From contig MU053758.1 in assembly GCA_013239625.1 (NCBI GenBank), forward strand, positions 1,240,001 to 1,304,000: 64,000 bases of DNA, read 5' to 3'. Shown here piece by piece: positions 1 to 12,699 of this stretch. The notes under the pieces are model-generated. The model saw only the letters and a program-made list of their open reading frames with translations. It ran no database searches and was not told the DNA's origin. The number at the start of each line of letters is the position of its first letter. Position 1 is the first letter of the stretch. The translations under genes were made by a program, and so were the position numbers. The stretch comes from Lama guanicoe. Taxonomy: Eukaryota.

Positions 1-2384
1 TCTCTGTGCCCCTTAGGTGGCCAGAGAGGGTAGCAGAGACTTCAGGGGGACCCTCACAGGCTGGCCTGGGCTGAGTCTTGTTCACCCAATGACCTATTCC
101 TGGTATAGACTCTTAACCAGGCACCTGGCCTAAAGAGTTCATAGATTGATCCACCCTGGTTCTTATCCCACCCTCATCCTCTCCTCGCCTGCCCCCTAAA
201 AGCCCATGCAGAGAGGAGTCGCTGACAGCGCTTGAGATCCCCGACACACCAGAGTCAGCTCCAGGGCAAGGTGCCCCCAGGGGCTGCAGGAACTTGACCT
301 TGGGAGTAGGGGTTCTAAAGTAACACCTATGTCTCATTAACATGTCATCATGTAGTTCAAAATCCTCAGGTTCCTGGAAGATGCTTCCAGGCCCTAATAT
401 ATTTGGAGGAGGTAAGTCCAAACTGTTGGCACTATGAGCCATGATGCCAGGACCCTAGGGATGCTGGGCCTTGCTGGTTCCTAACATGAGAGGTATCTAA
501 AAATGATGGGTGGGATGGACTATGGGGAGGGTGTGGGTGGAAGAAGAAATTGGAAGGGTCTGGACAGGAGCTGGAGAGAAAGAGAATGGGGATGAGTTGG
601 CTTCAGAGTCAGTATATCCAGGATGGAGGTGGTGAGATTCTTTAAGTATCCTCAAGAGGGAGCCTGGGTCTCTTGAAAGGATCAACTCAGGCCCATCCTG
701 AGCCCATGTGGCTGGTGGCTGCACCCACCATATCTGCTCAGAGTGTCAGGCCCCCAGGAATCTGCTGTGGCTGGGGCCCAGCTCGGCAATGATAAATGAC
801 AGCACAGACACCATTTGTCAGCAGTGCACTCAACCACTGACCACCTTCATCTTCAGAGAACACTCACTGGGGCAGGAAACACCCCTTTCTGAGAGACCCA
901 GGGGTCTCCACTCTCCCAGAAACCGCCCAGGTGGCCTGGGGGGGGGTGGCCAGGCCTCCTTTGCTGGTGCCCAGGTAACAGTACCCTCCAGGGGCTGTTT
1001 CAAGACACCCCCCCACCCCAACTTCATGAGAGAACTTTCCGCTAAGTTTCCACTATCACCTCTCTCGCTTCTGTAGTCTCCAGACCCATCACACATGGGA
1101 AGGAAACTCAAAATTAGTCTGGTACCCTAACTTTGAAATTCCAAAGAGAAAGGCAGGTAGAGCGTATGGTAGCTAGAGAGCCATCCTTAAGTCCAGGCAA
1201 ACGATGCCCCTGCCAGGGCCCTCAGATCTGAAAAGGTCTGGTTCTGGCTTTTCTCTGACAGCACCCCTCCCACAGGGCTGGGATCTGTGGAGTGGAGGGA
1301 ATGTGGTATCTGACCCATCACAGACAACATCCCGGGTACTTAGGGCCCTGGAATTCCTGAACAATTGGCTTCTAGATCACAGTGCAGGTACCTTTCCCAG
1401 GCACACCCTGTTGAGGTTTGACTGTGCCTGCCTGTGCAGGCATCCCCTCCCAAGCCATGACAGACATGTGGAGGTTAGCAGCTGGCCTTGGGCCAGGTCT
1501 CCCTACACTGATGAGGAACTCAGAGGAGTTTGAAAATTCTAAATTCAAACCTGACCTTTCAGGTCATAATAAAGTTTTATTTTGTCAAGTCTGGAAGATA
1601 GAACATATTTGTCAGCTTGGTTTATAACCTTTAAGTATTTACCATGTGATATATGAGCCTGTGTTTGTACTTCTATCACCCAGGATAGAATGCTAGGGGT
1701 GGGCCTGGGAAGATTTCTTGTGTTGTGCGTCTCAAGGATGTATGCATGTGGTGGGGGCATCCACTGTGCCCTCCTGAGAGGGGTGAGACTAGGGGTGAGA
1801 AAGAAGCTAGGTCAGTGCCAGTTTAGCAGAGATGTCTTGGCTGCTGAGAGAAGCCATCTCACCTAGGACCCCTGGACAGAACCAGAAAGGAAGTGGGGAG
1901 GGTGGGTCCCATTAGCCCTCCCTCCCTTCTCCACCACTTAGCAAGATACTCCAGGCCCAGGGCAGCCTCTCTTCTCAAGCCAGGCCATCAGAGGCCAGCA
2001 CACTCCCCTTCCACCACCTGCAAGGCAGGGTGGGACTAAAAGCCAGGAGATCTGAGTTCCTGGCCTGGCCCTGCCATTTAATCCCTTCCTTCATTTCTCC
2101 CTCTGTAGGGTAGGTTTAATGCTAAAGGCCCCACTCCCTCAGGTCTCTCTCTTTTGTCAAAGGAGATTGTGGGACGTGGCATTGTCTAAGCTGTGGAGCA
2201 CCAGACAAGGCTGACTTCAGATGATTTGGACCAGAGTCACCACCAGTTCTGCTACCCCAACACTCGGGGCTCCCAGTGCAGTACCAGTCCTCCCTGAGAC
2301 AGAAGGAAGCAGAGTTCAAGTGTGGGTATGCAGACACAAGTTGGTGCCCTAAAGTTCCCAATACTTTTGCCAAGGAAAGGATAC

Positions 2385-3145
2385 AAAGCATCTCTCCCAA
2401 AAGATGAGGAGGCTCAGGCCTCGGTCAAGGGGGAGGGAGCAGCACCCCTCTCCTCTATAGTCCCCCTCACCATCAGGCCCCGAAACAGAACACATGTTAG
2501 CTAACTTACCCCCTCCCCAGTTAAAAAGCCTAGGGCTGCGGAGAGCTCCTGTCCCACCCACATCAGTCACAGGAGAGACACTCTTGGCCAGAAAGTCGTG
2601 GAAGGGCAGCAAGTCCCAGGTTGGCAAAGATGAGGGTTGCGAGGTCAGAAATGGGCACCTGCCCCAGGCATCACTTTGGCCTTCACCTCTGGCACCAATA
2701 CGGGGTGGCCAAGGTGGGAAGTGGCCGGGTGCGTGTGGACACTCAGCTTCGCAGGAGCACCCGGGGCAGAGCCGCACCGCCCAGCCCGGCCGCTCGGGTG
2801 CAGCTGGCCCGGTGGCCGCCGGGCGGAGCCCGAGGACCGACGACGCTGAGGCGCGGGGCCTGGCCCGGCGGGTGGCAGCGGCTCGCCGCGTCCTCGGTCT
2901 CTTCGGCGGGAGCCGCGCAGGGACCCCGTCCCCCCCGCCCACCCGCGGGGCTGCGGGACTTGGGCCGCGGGGTCCGCGGGGGCGCCTGGAGTCTCTGGCC
3001 ACCTATCTCCTCCGCGCACACGAACGCGGGTCTCCTCGCCCAACACGCGCCTCAGGCGCTGCGGGACCGGGACCGCGCCCCCGCCTGCAGCCCTTCACCT
3101 GCAGAGAGGGCCGGCCCAGGACCCCAGACCTGGACCGCCTCCCCC
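2385..3145 (+). repeat. CpG-rich dispersed element, copy A
   Basis: Aligns by eye with 14836-15545 and with the reverse complement of 17727-18530 (e.g. cagaaagtc-tggaagggcagcaagtcccagg, gcccagcccggccgctcgggtgca, ccgcctgcagccct). Confidence 0.9.
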
Positions 3146-3500
3146 AATAACCTCAACTACTCATCCTCTCCATCTCAAAGGATGGAAAATGTGCCCTGGG
3201 GGTGACCATCTGGAAAAGGAAGTCCTGACCTAGGGAAAGACAGAGAAGGGACAGCATGGACTCGGAGAGCCGCGTGGGTGAGAACAACAGGGACGTCTGA
3301 AGGTAGAATAATTTAGAGCCCTGTGTTATGGAGAGGAGGTAGTGGCCAAGTTTCCTGTCTAGATTGTCCGTTTCTCCCTGTATTTCTTTAAAATGACAAC
3401 AATATAGTGCAAGTGTTTTTTTAACCATCTCCCCCCACCCCGTTAAAAAGAATGCTTGTTCATTGTTGGACAATTAGAAAACACCGAAAAGAATAAAGAC

Positions 3501-4171
3501 CTGTCTCCAAAGGCAAAGGAAACAAAAGCAAAAGTAAACAGATGGAACCTAATTAAACTTAAAAGCTTCTGCACAGCAAAGGAAACCATAAATAAAACTC
3601 CAAGACAACCCACGGAATAGGAGAAAATATTTGCAAATGATATGACTGATAAGGGGTTAATATTCAAAATATGTAAACAGCTCATACAACTCAATATTAA
3701 AAAAAAAGCAACCCAATTGAAAAATGGGCAAAAGACCTGAAAAGACATTTTTCCAAAGAAGACATATAAATGGCCAGTAGGCACATGAAAAAATGCTCAA
3801 AGTTGCTTATCAACAGAGAAATGCAGTGCAAAACCACACTGAGATATCACTCACACCTGTCAGAATGGCTATCATCAAAAAGACCACAAATAACAAATGC
3901 TGACAAGGGTGTGAAGAAAAGGGAACCCTTGTGCACTGTTGGTGGGAATGTAAATTGGTTCAGCCACTGTGGAAAACAGTGGGGAGGTTCCTCAAAAAAC
4001 TAAAAATTACCATATGATCCAGCAATTTCACTCCTGGGTATATAGCCAAAGAAAATGAAAACACTAGTTCAAAAAGATACACGCACCCCAATGTTCATAG
4101 CACCATTATTTACAATAGCAAAGATATGGAAACAATCTAAGTGTCCATCAACAGATGAATGGATAAAGAAT

Positions 4172-4205
<34 letters not shown>

Positions 4206-4812
4206 CTGAATACTGTTCAGCCATAAAAAAATGAATGAAATTAAGAGATAAAGCAAGTGTTTGAAGTGAGTGGGTCTTCATGGGTAGCACCAGGTTCTTG
4301 TTATGGTTATCTGTTGGTCAAAAACAAATTTTAGGATCAAAGAATAAATTAGCTATTTTTTATGGGAAAAAAAGAAATTTTGCCATTTGCCACAACACAG
4401 ATGGACTTGGAGGGTATTATGTTTAGTGAAATAAGTTAGACAGAGAAGGACACATATTATATGTTATCACATATATGGAATCTAAAAATTAAACAAACTA
4501 GTGAATATAACAAAAAAGAAACAGACTCACAGATATATAAACAAACTAGTGGTTACCAGTGGGGAGAGGGAAGCAAGGAAGGGCAAGACAGGGATAAAGG
4601 ATTAAGAGGTACAAACTGCTATGTATAAGATAAATAAGATACAAGGATACACTGTACAGCACAGGAAATATAGCCAATATTTTATAATAATTATAAATGG
4701 GGTATAATCTTTAAAAATTGTCAATCACTATGTTGTACACCTGAAAATTACATGATATTGTAAATAAACCATACTTTAATTTTAAAAAGTCCTAAAAAAT
4801 TAAGTTAAAAAA
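3501..4812 (+). mobile_element. 5'-truncated LINE-1 (ORF2 C-terminus + 3'UTR), decayed
   Basis: aaacttaaaagcttctgcacagcaaaggaaacc, catatgatccagcaatt, A-rich end; internal (CA)n at ~4173-4204. Confidence 0.92.
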
Positions 4813-5840
4813 AGCCCACATTCCCATATTCCAAGGACTATCTTTCAATCCTTAGCACTTTCTTCCATAAGTGTCACATGATCACACCATCTGTAGTTTT
4901 GTGTCCTACACCAGGACCACATCCCCATGTTATTGTCTTCAAAAACATGATTTTTAAAGTATACATAATATTCCATTGAAGACTAGGAGTTTTAGATTTA
5001 TAACCTTTAAAATATATCAGAAAAAAATTGCAAAATAAAATGTGTTGGAAACCTCTGAAAAATAAAATAAAATAAAATAAATCAGAATAACACAGCAAAG
5101 AAAATCCTTGAAGCTTTATCCACATCTGATTTTTTTACACTAAATTACTAAACATGGAATTATTTAAATCTAATGCAGCAGGTTTCAAGCCTGGTTGCAT
5201 ATTCTGTTACTCCAAGAAGTTTTGCAGAAGACCATGGCCAGAGTGGTCCGGGTGGGGCCTGAGCCTCGCTGTTTTGAAAATGCTTCACGCGCAGCCTAGG
5301 TTTACCACTGGTTTAAGGGTAGGAACATTTTGTCTCAATTTATTTTTATTCTGAAAGTAACACATACTCCTAGAAAAATATTCAAACAGAAAGGAAGGTA
5401 TAAATGATATAAGACAATAAACATCCTGCCCCCACATTCCCTCTCACTCCCAGGAGCCCCTCCATTAGCTGTTTGGCGCTAGTGGCCCCGCCTTTTTCAG
5501 TGTGAGTGTATGTGTAAAAATGCATATATATGTTGAAACACGGAGATGTGTATATGATGGGCAAAGGCATATCAAGCAAATAACAGCAAATAGATGGATA
5601 AAATAAATACATACTTGTTATAAAAACAAATCGAGCAACACACGAGTATATACCCCAAAAGAAGAGATTCCAGGCAGCTGGAAACCTGAGCCCGTATCAC
5701 TAAGGCTGATCGGAACTGCATTTTGAATACTGTGAGTTTTGTGAGGAGAACGGAATGGAAGGGAGCCACAGATGTTATGGGCAGAGCAGCAAAGAGCAAA
5801 CTGCACTAGTTCAGGCAAAAGACAGCACTTACTTGACTAG

Positions 5841-6160
5841 TGCTGTGGCCTGAATGTTTGTGTCCCCCCCAGAATTCATCTGTGGAAACCTAATCACCAA
5901 CGTGATGATATTAGGAAGTGGGGCCTTTGGGAGGTGATTAGGTCATGAGGGATTTGCCCTCCATAAATGAGATTCATACCGTTATAAAGAGACCCCAGAA
6001 ATTTCCCTCACCCTTTCCGCCATGTGAGGACTCAGAAGGCAGCCGTCTATGAACCAGGAAGTGGCCCTCACTAGACACTGAATCTGCCAGAGACTTGAAC
6101 TTGGATTTCCCAGCCTCTAGAACTGTGAGAAATAAATTTCTGTTGTTCATAAGCACTCAG
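5841..6160 (+). mobile_element. MaLR LTR (MLT1A-like)
   Basis: Starts tgctgtggcctgaatgtttgtgtcccccc; ends ccagcctctagaactgtgagaaataaatttctgttgttcataagc. Confidence 0.85.
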
Positions 6161-6799
6161 TTGGGCTGCTAGCACTGCTGCTACAGAGCTCGCTGGCCCA
6201 CCAGCCCCAGCCACATCTTGCTTCCCTCACCACCACTGGACTTCAGGGTCACCGACTGGACCGGCCTCTCCATGGAACCCCTTGCTTGCTACTATCTCTC
6301 TCCTTCCTGCTGGCCTCCAACCTTGGATCCTCCCAAGGTCTGCTCCTACACATGCGCAGCATAGCCCTGCCAGGGCATATTCCCCAGCTATGGATGGACA
6401 AAGACTGTCATAGATACACGGCCTTTAGTATGAGATCACATCAAAGTTCTTGGCAATAGTTCAGAGTCCATTTGCATCTGGACAACGGCCTTACCTTTTC
6501 TCCTCTCCAGTCATTACCAGCCCTCGCCACTTACTTCCAGACTCTTCTAACCAAAACATGCTCAATCAAGTATCTACCTTTTGACATACTTGGTAATAAT
6601 TTTTATTTCTTCAACATTAACCAAATAATAATAGTTTTTCCTTCTCTCTAGTGGATTTCAGTCATTTGTATTCTGAGAAAATTGCTCATGTGGTCCACAT
6701 TTCCAAATATATCAGAATGTATTATTCACTCATATTTATTTTCATTAACCCAATAACTTACCATATCCCCTTCTTAATTCTCCAATTTATTTCTGTCTG

Positions 6800-7420
6800 A
6801 AAGCTAAAGTTTAAAAGACTGATAATACAAAGTGTTGGAAAAGATATAGAATAGTAGATGTCTCATACATGGTGGGAGTGTAAATTGGTATGAGCATTAA
6901 GAAAACAATTAATATCTACTAAAGCTAAAAAAGGCATATTTGTACTGTAGGACCAACAATTCCACTCCCAGCCATATTCCCTACAGAAATGAATGCATGT
7001 GTTCCCCAAAAGACATGTACAAGAATGTTCCTAACATGAATTATTCATTATTACCAAAGTACTAGATAAATTCCAGAAGTCCATCAAGAGGAGAATGGAT
7101 AAATAAACTGTGACACGTTATACAGTGGAAAACAAAACAAGAGAGCAATGAAAAAAGAAAGTATCGCTACTTACAACAACGTGAATGAATTATCATAGAC
7201 AGATTGAGCAAAAGAGGCCACACTGTGTACTGAATGACATCATTTATGGGAAGTACTATGGTGTTCAAAACCAATTAGTGATGACCTTTAGAAAGAGAGG
7301 ATTGGCTGAGAAGGGTTCCAGTGGAGCCTTCTAGAGTACTAGAAATATTCTAAATTCACCAAGCTATACATTTAAGATCTGTGCTCTTGACTTCATGTAA
7401 TACAAAGTAAAAAAGAAAAA
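6800..7420 (+). mobile_element. Old L1M 3' fragment
   Basis: gactgataatacaaagtgttgg, ggtgggagtgtaaattggta, gaatggataaataaactgtg. Confidence 0.75.
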
Positions 7421-7699
7421 GGAAAAAGTACTTCTATTTTGTAGTATTTTCCCCAAATGTGAATTTCTTCTTTTGGGAGCTGTTCATTTTCTTCTTTTCA
7501 TTTCAGACTTTATTAATGGGTACCATTTGGTTATTTTTTAAAGTTTATTATTTCTAGAGTGAGCATAATTAAATAACACACATGCTATGTGCCCAGAATT
7601 GTCATTGCTAGCTTTTCCTAAGATTTTCTAAATCATTACTTGACAGTTGTATGAACCTTTCCTCTAATTAAGTTTTAAAAATACAAATAGTAATTCCAT

Positions 7700-8425
7700 T
7701 ATATTATTTTTAATTGTGGTAAAATGTGCATAACAGAATTTACCATCTTAACCATTTTTAAGTGTACAGTTCAGTGGCATTAAATACATTCACATTATTG
7801 TGTAACCATCACTACCATCCATTCTCAGAACTTTTTTCATCTTCCTAAACTAAAACTATACCCACTGAACAATAACTCCCCATTCTCCCCTTCCCTCTCT
7901 GGCAACCACCATTCTATTTTGTGTGTATAAATTCAAGTGAGTACTTGTATAAGTGGAATCATACACTATTTGTCCTTTTTGACTGGCCAGTTTCACTCAG
8001 CATAATGTCCTCAAAGTTTATCCATATTGTAGCATGTGTCAGAATTCCTTTCCTTTTTAGTGTTGAATAATATTCTGTTTTATGTACATACTATATTTTG
8101 TTTATCCATTCATCTATCAATGGTTGCCTAAGTTGCTTCCACTTTTTTTGTCTATTGTGAATAATGCTGCTATGAAAAAGAGTCTACAAATCTCTCTCTT
8201 AGATTTTGCTTTCAATTCTTTTGAGTATATACCCAGAAGTGGAATTGCTGGATCATATGGCAATTCTATTTTTAATTTTTGAGGAATTACTGTTCCTATA
8301 GAGGCTGCACAATTTTATATTCCAATCAACAGCGCAAGGATTCCACTTTCTCCACATTCTCCCCAACACTTGTTATTTTCTGTTATGTTTTGTTTTTTCT
8401 AATAGCCATTTTAATGGCTGTGAGG
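7700..8425 (-). mobile_element. L1MB-like 3' fragment
   Basis: accatttttaagtgtacagttcagtggcattaaatacattcac; tatacccagaagtggaattgctggatcatatgg. Confidence 0.85.
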
Positions 8426-9819
8426 TCAGCAAATAGCAGTATTTTTGAAGTGGTTAATTTTACTCTTTGTGATTTGATAAGATTTTGAAGAAGTAAGTTG
8501 TTGCCTGAAATAGTATGTGAATGTTACATGGGAGGAAAAGTATGTTTTCAGACTCTATAAAGCCATATTGTCAACATTAAAAGAAAATAAAAACATTTTT
8601 TATTTATTTTTAATTATGAGAAAAATATCGATGGAGGAGGTGGAAGCCTTAAGCATCTTAACTCCAAGCCTGGATCCAGCACAAATCCTTTGGCTCCCAC
8701 CGTGGGCAAAACCCAGAACCAGAAGAATCAACAGGACCCCGATTCAGGATTGAGAACACTGAGGATTTAGGACGGTGTTGCAAAATCCTGATGGGTGAAA
8801 GAAGTCATTTTTGTCTTAGGGGAAGACAGCAGAACACTTGAGATGACCCTGATCTGTCCAGGGTGCTGACAACTAGCAAGCCATCCAGCCAAACAGCTTG
8901 GAAAGAGTTGATGCTAATTACGAAGTTAGCTCCAGCAGCTTTAAAGCTTCCAGTCTCAAGGAAAACTAACTGAAAGTCCAGGCTCCTCCCCCTTCACACT
9001 CCCTGGAAAAAATTGTCAGAGACATCCTGTCTTGAACCCAACAAACTAGAATCCCAAGGAGCCTTGAAAAGAGCCACAAAGTTCAAAAAGAAGTACAACT
9101 AAATAACACCTTGTTTAAGAATATATGAATATTGGATTAAAATTTTTTAAACAAAAAAGTAATAAACTCACAACTCAGGATAATAGTAAACTAGGGGAGA
9201 CCAAGGCAGCCAGACAAGAAAGGAGGACACGACAGACACAAAGTTATTGGTATTGTTTTGGTGCTTAATTTGAGTCTTTGATTCATAGGCATTTATTTTA
9301 ATATTACACTTTAAGTTCTAGGTATATGCCACATGTACTTTTTACATGATCTAAAAAATGCAATATAAAAGATAATGAAAATTAAGAATATTCCTTAAAA
9401 GAATCTTGAAAAAAAATTAAGCCTAGGGATGTGTTTATCTGGTGCCAAAAGAATTGGGCCACCCAAAGAAATGAAAGCTTTTTTTTCATTTCTGACACTG
9501 TTTGCAACTATTTAAAACATTAAAATTGTCAATTTTACACTTTCATATTGAAAATGTCAGTATATAAAATAATGCAATGTATTATGGACAAGTTTAGAAA
9601 TATTGCTTTGTCACTCTCCTATTTTATAAAACTTTTTGATCCAAATTGCTCCTTTGGTATCATTATCCTTGTTGTCACTACTGGGACTGCTTGAGCACTC
9701 CCATCTGAGCTACTTGAGGATAAGCGATCTTCTCATTATATGATGGTGTCCCTGGAAATATTATCTGAAGATACCCATCCACTATCCATGATCTTCACAA
9801 CGTAACCACCTATTACATA

Positions 9820-10570
9820 CATTTTTAATTTTTATTATTAAAATATTATAAAACAGACAACGTAGAAGGAACATATAATGAACCCCCATATTCTCATCCT
9901 CCAGAATTAGCAATTATCAAATTTTCACACACTTGCCTAGTCTATTCTTTCTGTTATTATTATCATAAACTCCACCTCACATCTTTTCAACCCTACAGAT
10001 TTTCAGTATGCATCTTTAATATATAGATGTTTTCTTCAAAACCGCAGTCCCACTATCATGCCTTAAAAAATAATAATCCTTTGGTGTCATCTATTTTCTA
10101 GTCCATTTTTGAATTTTCCAAGTATTTCAAGAAAACCTTTTTGCAGTTGGTTGGTTTGAATCTGAATGCAGTCAAGGTCCACACACTGCATTTGAGGATG
10201 TCTCTAAAATCTCTGTTAATCTAGTGTAGTTCACACTCTCCTCACCCTTTTTTCACTATTATGTTGTTGAAGAAACCAGGCCAGTTACCTTGTAGAATAT
10301 CCCATATTCAAGATTTGTCTGTGCGTTTGAGATGGCATTTGACTTGTTCCTTTATCTGCTGTATTTCTCTTGAACTCGAAGTCAGGTCTAAAAGCTTGAT
10401 TCTATTCAGGTTTAACTTTTCTCTTGGATAAGAAGGTGGTGTAAGTCCTTCACATTGCATGTCCCCAGAAGGCACATAATGTCAGGTTGTCTCAGTTTTC
10501 GTGATACCAATATTGATCTGTGGCTTCAGTAGGTAACAACTTGAAGCCTCTACTGTAAACTTGCTCATCA
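9820..10570 (-). mobile_element. Ancient L1ME-like 3' fragment
   Basis: ttgcagttggttggtttgaatc...aaggtccacacactgcatttg; ttgttgaagaaaccaggccag. Confidence 0.65.
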
Positions 10571-11299
10571 AAAAAGATTATTCCAGGATTTAAAAAATAA
10601 AGCAATCCTCTTAATATACAGAAAAATGCAGAAATAGAGGAGAAAATAATCACTTATGTTCTTGCCTACAAAGTCAATGATACATGCTGCTTTTTAGATC
10701 ATTTGCTTCCATGCAGTGCATTCATTTTTTCCTTGCTGTGGTCACATTAATGTACATTTTTAATATACCACTTAAGTACTTTCAGGTGTTATTAAAACTT
10801 AAGAACACCAGTTTAGTTGCAGCAATGCACATTAGTCAGCTGTTACTAAAACTTTGAGCCTGAGTAGGGTAGGGCTGGCAGGCAATGGGAATGAGGCTTG
10901 ATTTCCTCCAAGTGGGATGGGTGGTGACACGGATGGCTCTGCAGCTGTCAGGTCCCTCCCAGAACTTCCCCCAGGTCCCTTCAGCTTAGAAGCTTCACTC
11001 TCTGCTTTCACAGACCCTTAGAGAGAAGCTCCTTTTGATTCTGGCATCCTAATTTTAAAGTTGTATCCCATATAATAAAAGCATAAATGAGGAACAGATA
11101 CTTATTTCAGCATTGGTTTTGACAGCAAAAAACAGTGCCTCACATGGGAACAAGTGAATTAAAAAATAACAACACAGAAATTATAAAGCTACTTTAAAAA
11201 TGCATTTGTAATGATTTTCAGGTGAAGACTATAGATTGAACACTTGCACATACTTTTTCTCCCTGCCAAATCACCACTAAATGAAATTAAATGGATTTA

Positions 11300-12510
11300 T
11301 TTTAGTAATATTTAATTGAAGGATAATTACCATACAGTAAAGTCACCTTTTTTAGAGTACAGTTCCATTTTTATTTTTCTATGCATCTTAGTTTTTTCTG
11401 TGCATTTTGGACAAAGGCATATCGTTTTGTGAAACACCACCGCAGTCACTACCCTTCCAAATTCTTTTATGCCTTTGTGTTGTCAAGTCCTTCCCCCACC
11501 CCCATCCCTGACAACCACTGACCTGTTTTCCATTCTTATGATTTTGCCTATTCCAGGATGTCATATAAATGGAATAATAGAATATGTAGCCTTTTGAATC
11601 TGGCTTCTTTCACTTACCATAATGCATTTGAGATTCATGTGGTTGCGTGTATCAATAGTTCATTTCTTTTGATTGCTGAGTAGTTTTCCATTGTATGAGT
11701 GTGTCTATTCACCAGTTGAAGGACATTTGGGTTATTTCTAGTTCTTGGCAATTACGAATAAAGCAACTATAACCATCCATGTACAGATTTTTGTGTGAAC
11801 TTGTTTTCTTTACACTTGGATAAATATAGAGGTGTGGAATTGCTGAGACTTATGCTAGATGTATGCTTAACTTTATAAAAATTGTTAAGTGTATCTTTAA
11901 CTTTATTAGAGACGGCAAACTGCTTCCCGAAGTCGCTGTGCCATTCTGCAGTCCCACTGAGAAAGCATGTGATCCCTATGAGCTCCACAGCCTCAACCCT
12001 ACTTGTATTATCAGGGATTTTTAAATTTGTTTTTTGTTTTGAGCTATGCTAATAGATGTGTAGTGGTATCTCATTGTGGTTTTAATTTGCATTTCTCTAA
12101 AGAGTAATCATCTTAGAATCTTTTCATGTGCTTATTTGTCATTAATGTATCTCCTTTGCTGAAGCATCTGTTTGAAACTTTTGCATATTTATCATTGGAT
12201 TGTTTTCTTCTTATTGCATTTTAAGAGTTCTTTCTGTATTCTAGTTCCCAGTCCTTTATCATATATGTTTTGCAAATATTTTCTCCCTGCCAATGGCTTG
12301 TCTTTTTACTCTCTTAACAGTGTCATTTGAAGAGCGTAAGTTCTTAATTTTGGTGAAGTCCAGTTTTATCATTTTTTTCTCTTATGGATCATGCTTTTGG
12401 GGTGGTATTTAGTATATTTTTGCCTAACCTAATGTCAAAAATATCTCCTCCATGTTTTCTTCTAGAAGTTTTATAGTTTTACGTTGAGGTCTGTGATCTA
12501 TTTTGAGGGT
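11300..12510 (-). mobile_element. L1MB/L1MC-like fragment
   Basis: gtcatataaatggaataatagaatatgtagcc; gtggtatctcattgtggttttaatttgcatttctcta; ttttcttctagaagttttatagtttt. Confidence 0.85.
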
Positions 12511-12699
12511 TTTTTGTTTGTTTGTTTTAATTCTCTTTCAGTGTGATCAAAAAATCATAAAAAATAATCTTATTGTTGTTACTTTACTTCTTACCATTTT
12601 CACCACTCTTTATTTCTTTAGTGGAGCCAAACTCAGTATGCTTATCACATTCACAGGGTTATTTTAACAGGACGTTAAGCAGATTTTTTTTTAAAAAAA

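Noticed and set aside
1..1600. Possible 3' end of the expected syntenic neighbour OSBPL7 (AATAAA at ~1568)
   Set aside because: No OSBPL7-like coding sequence is visible; a lone hexamer plus synteny is insufficient
2349..3205. Long overlapping ORFs (up to 218 aa) in copy A, with similar peptides in copies B and C
   Set aside because: Stop-poor GC-rich DNA is open in most frames on both strands; indels between copies (e.g. ~17 nt in C) break frame; no recognisable domain
9420..9815. Ser/Asp-rich minus-strand reading reminiscent of a DNA transposase fossil
   Set aside because: Short, contains stops, no TIR or catalytic motif recognised; needs a Dfam/tBLASTx search
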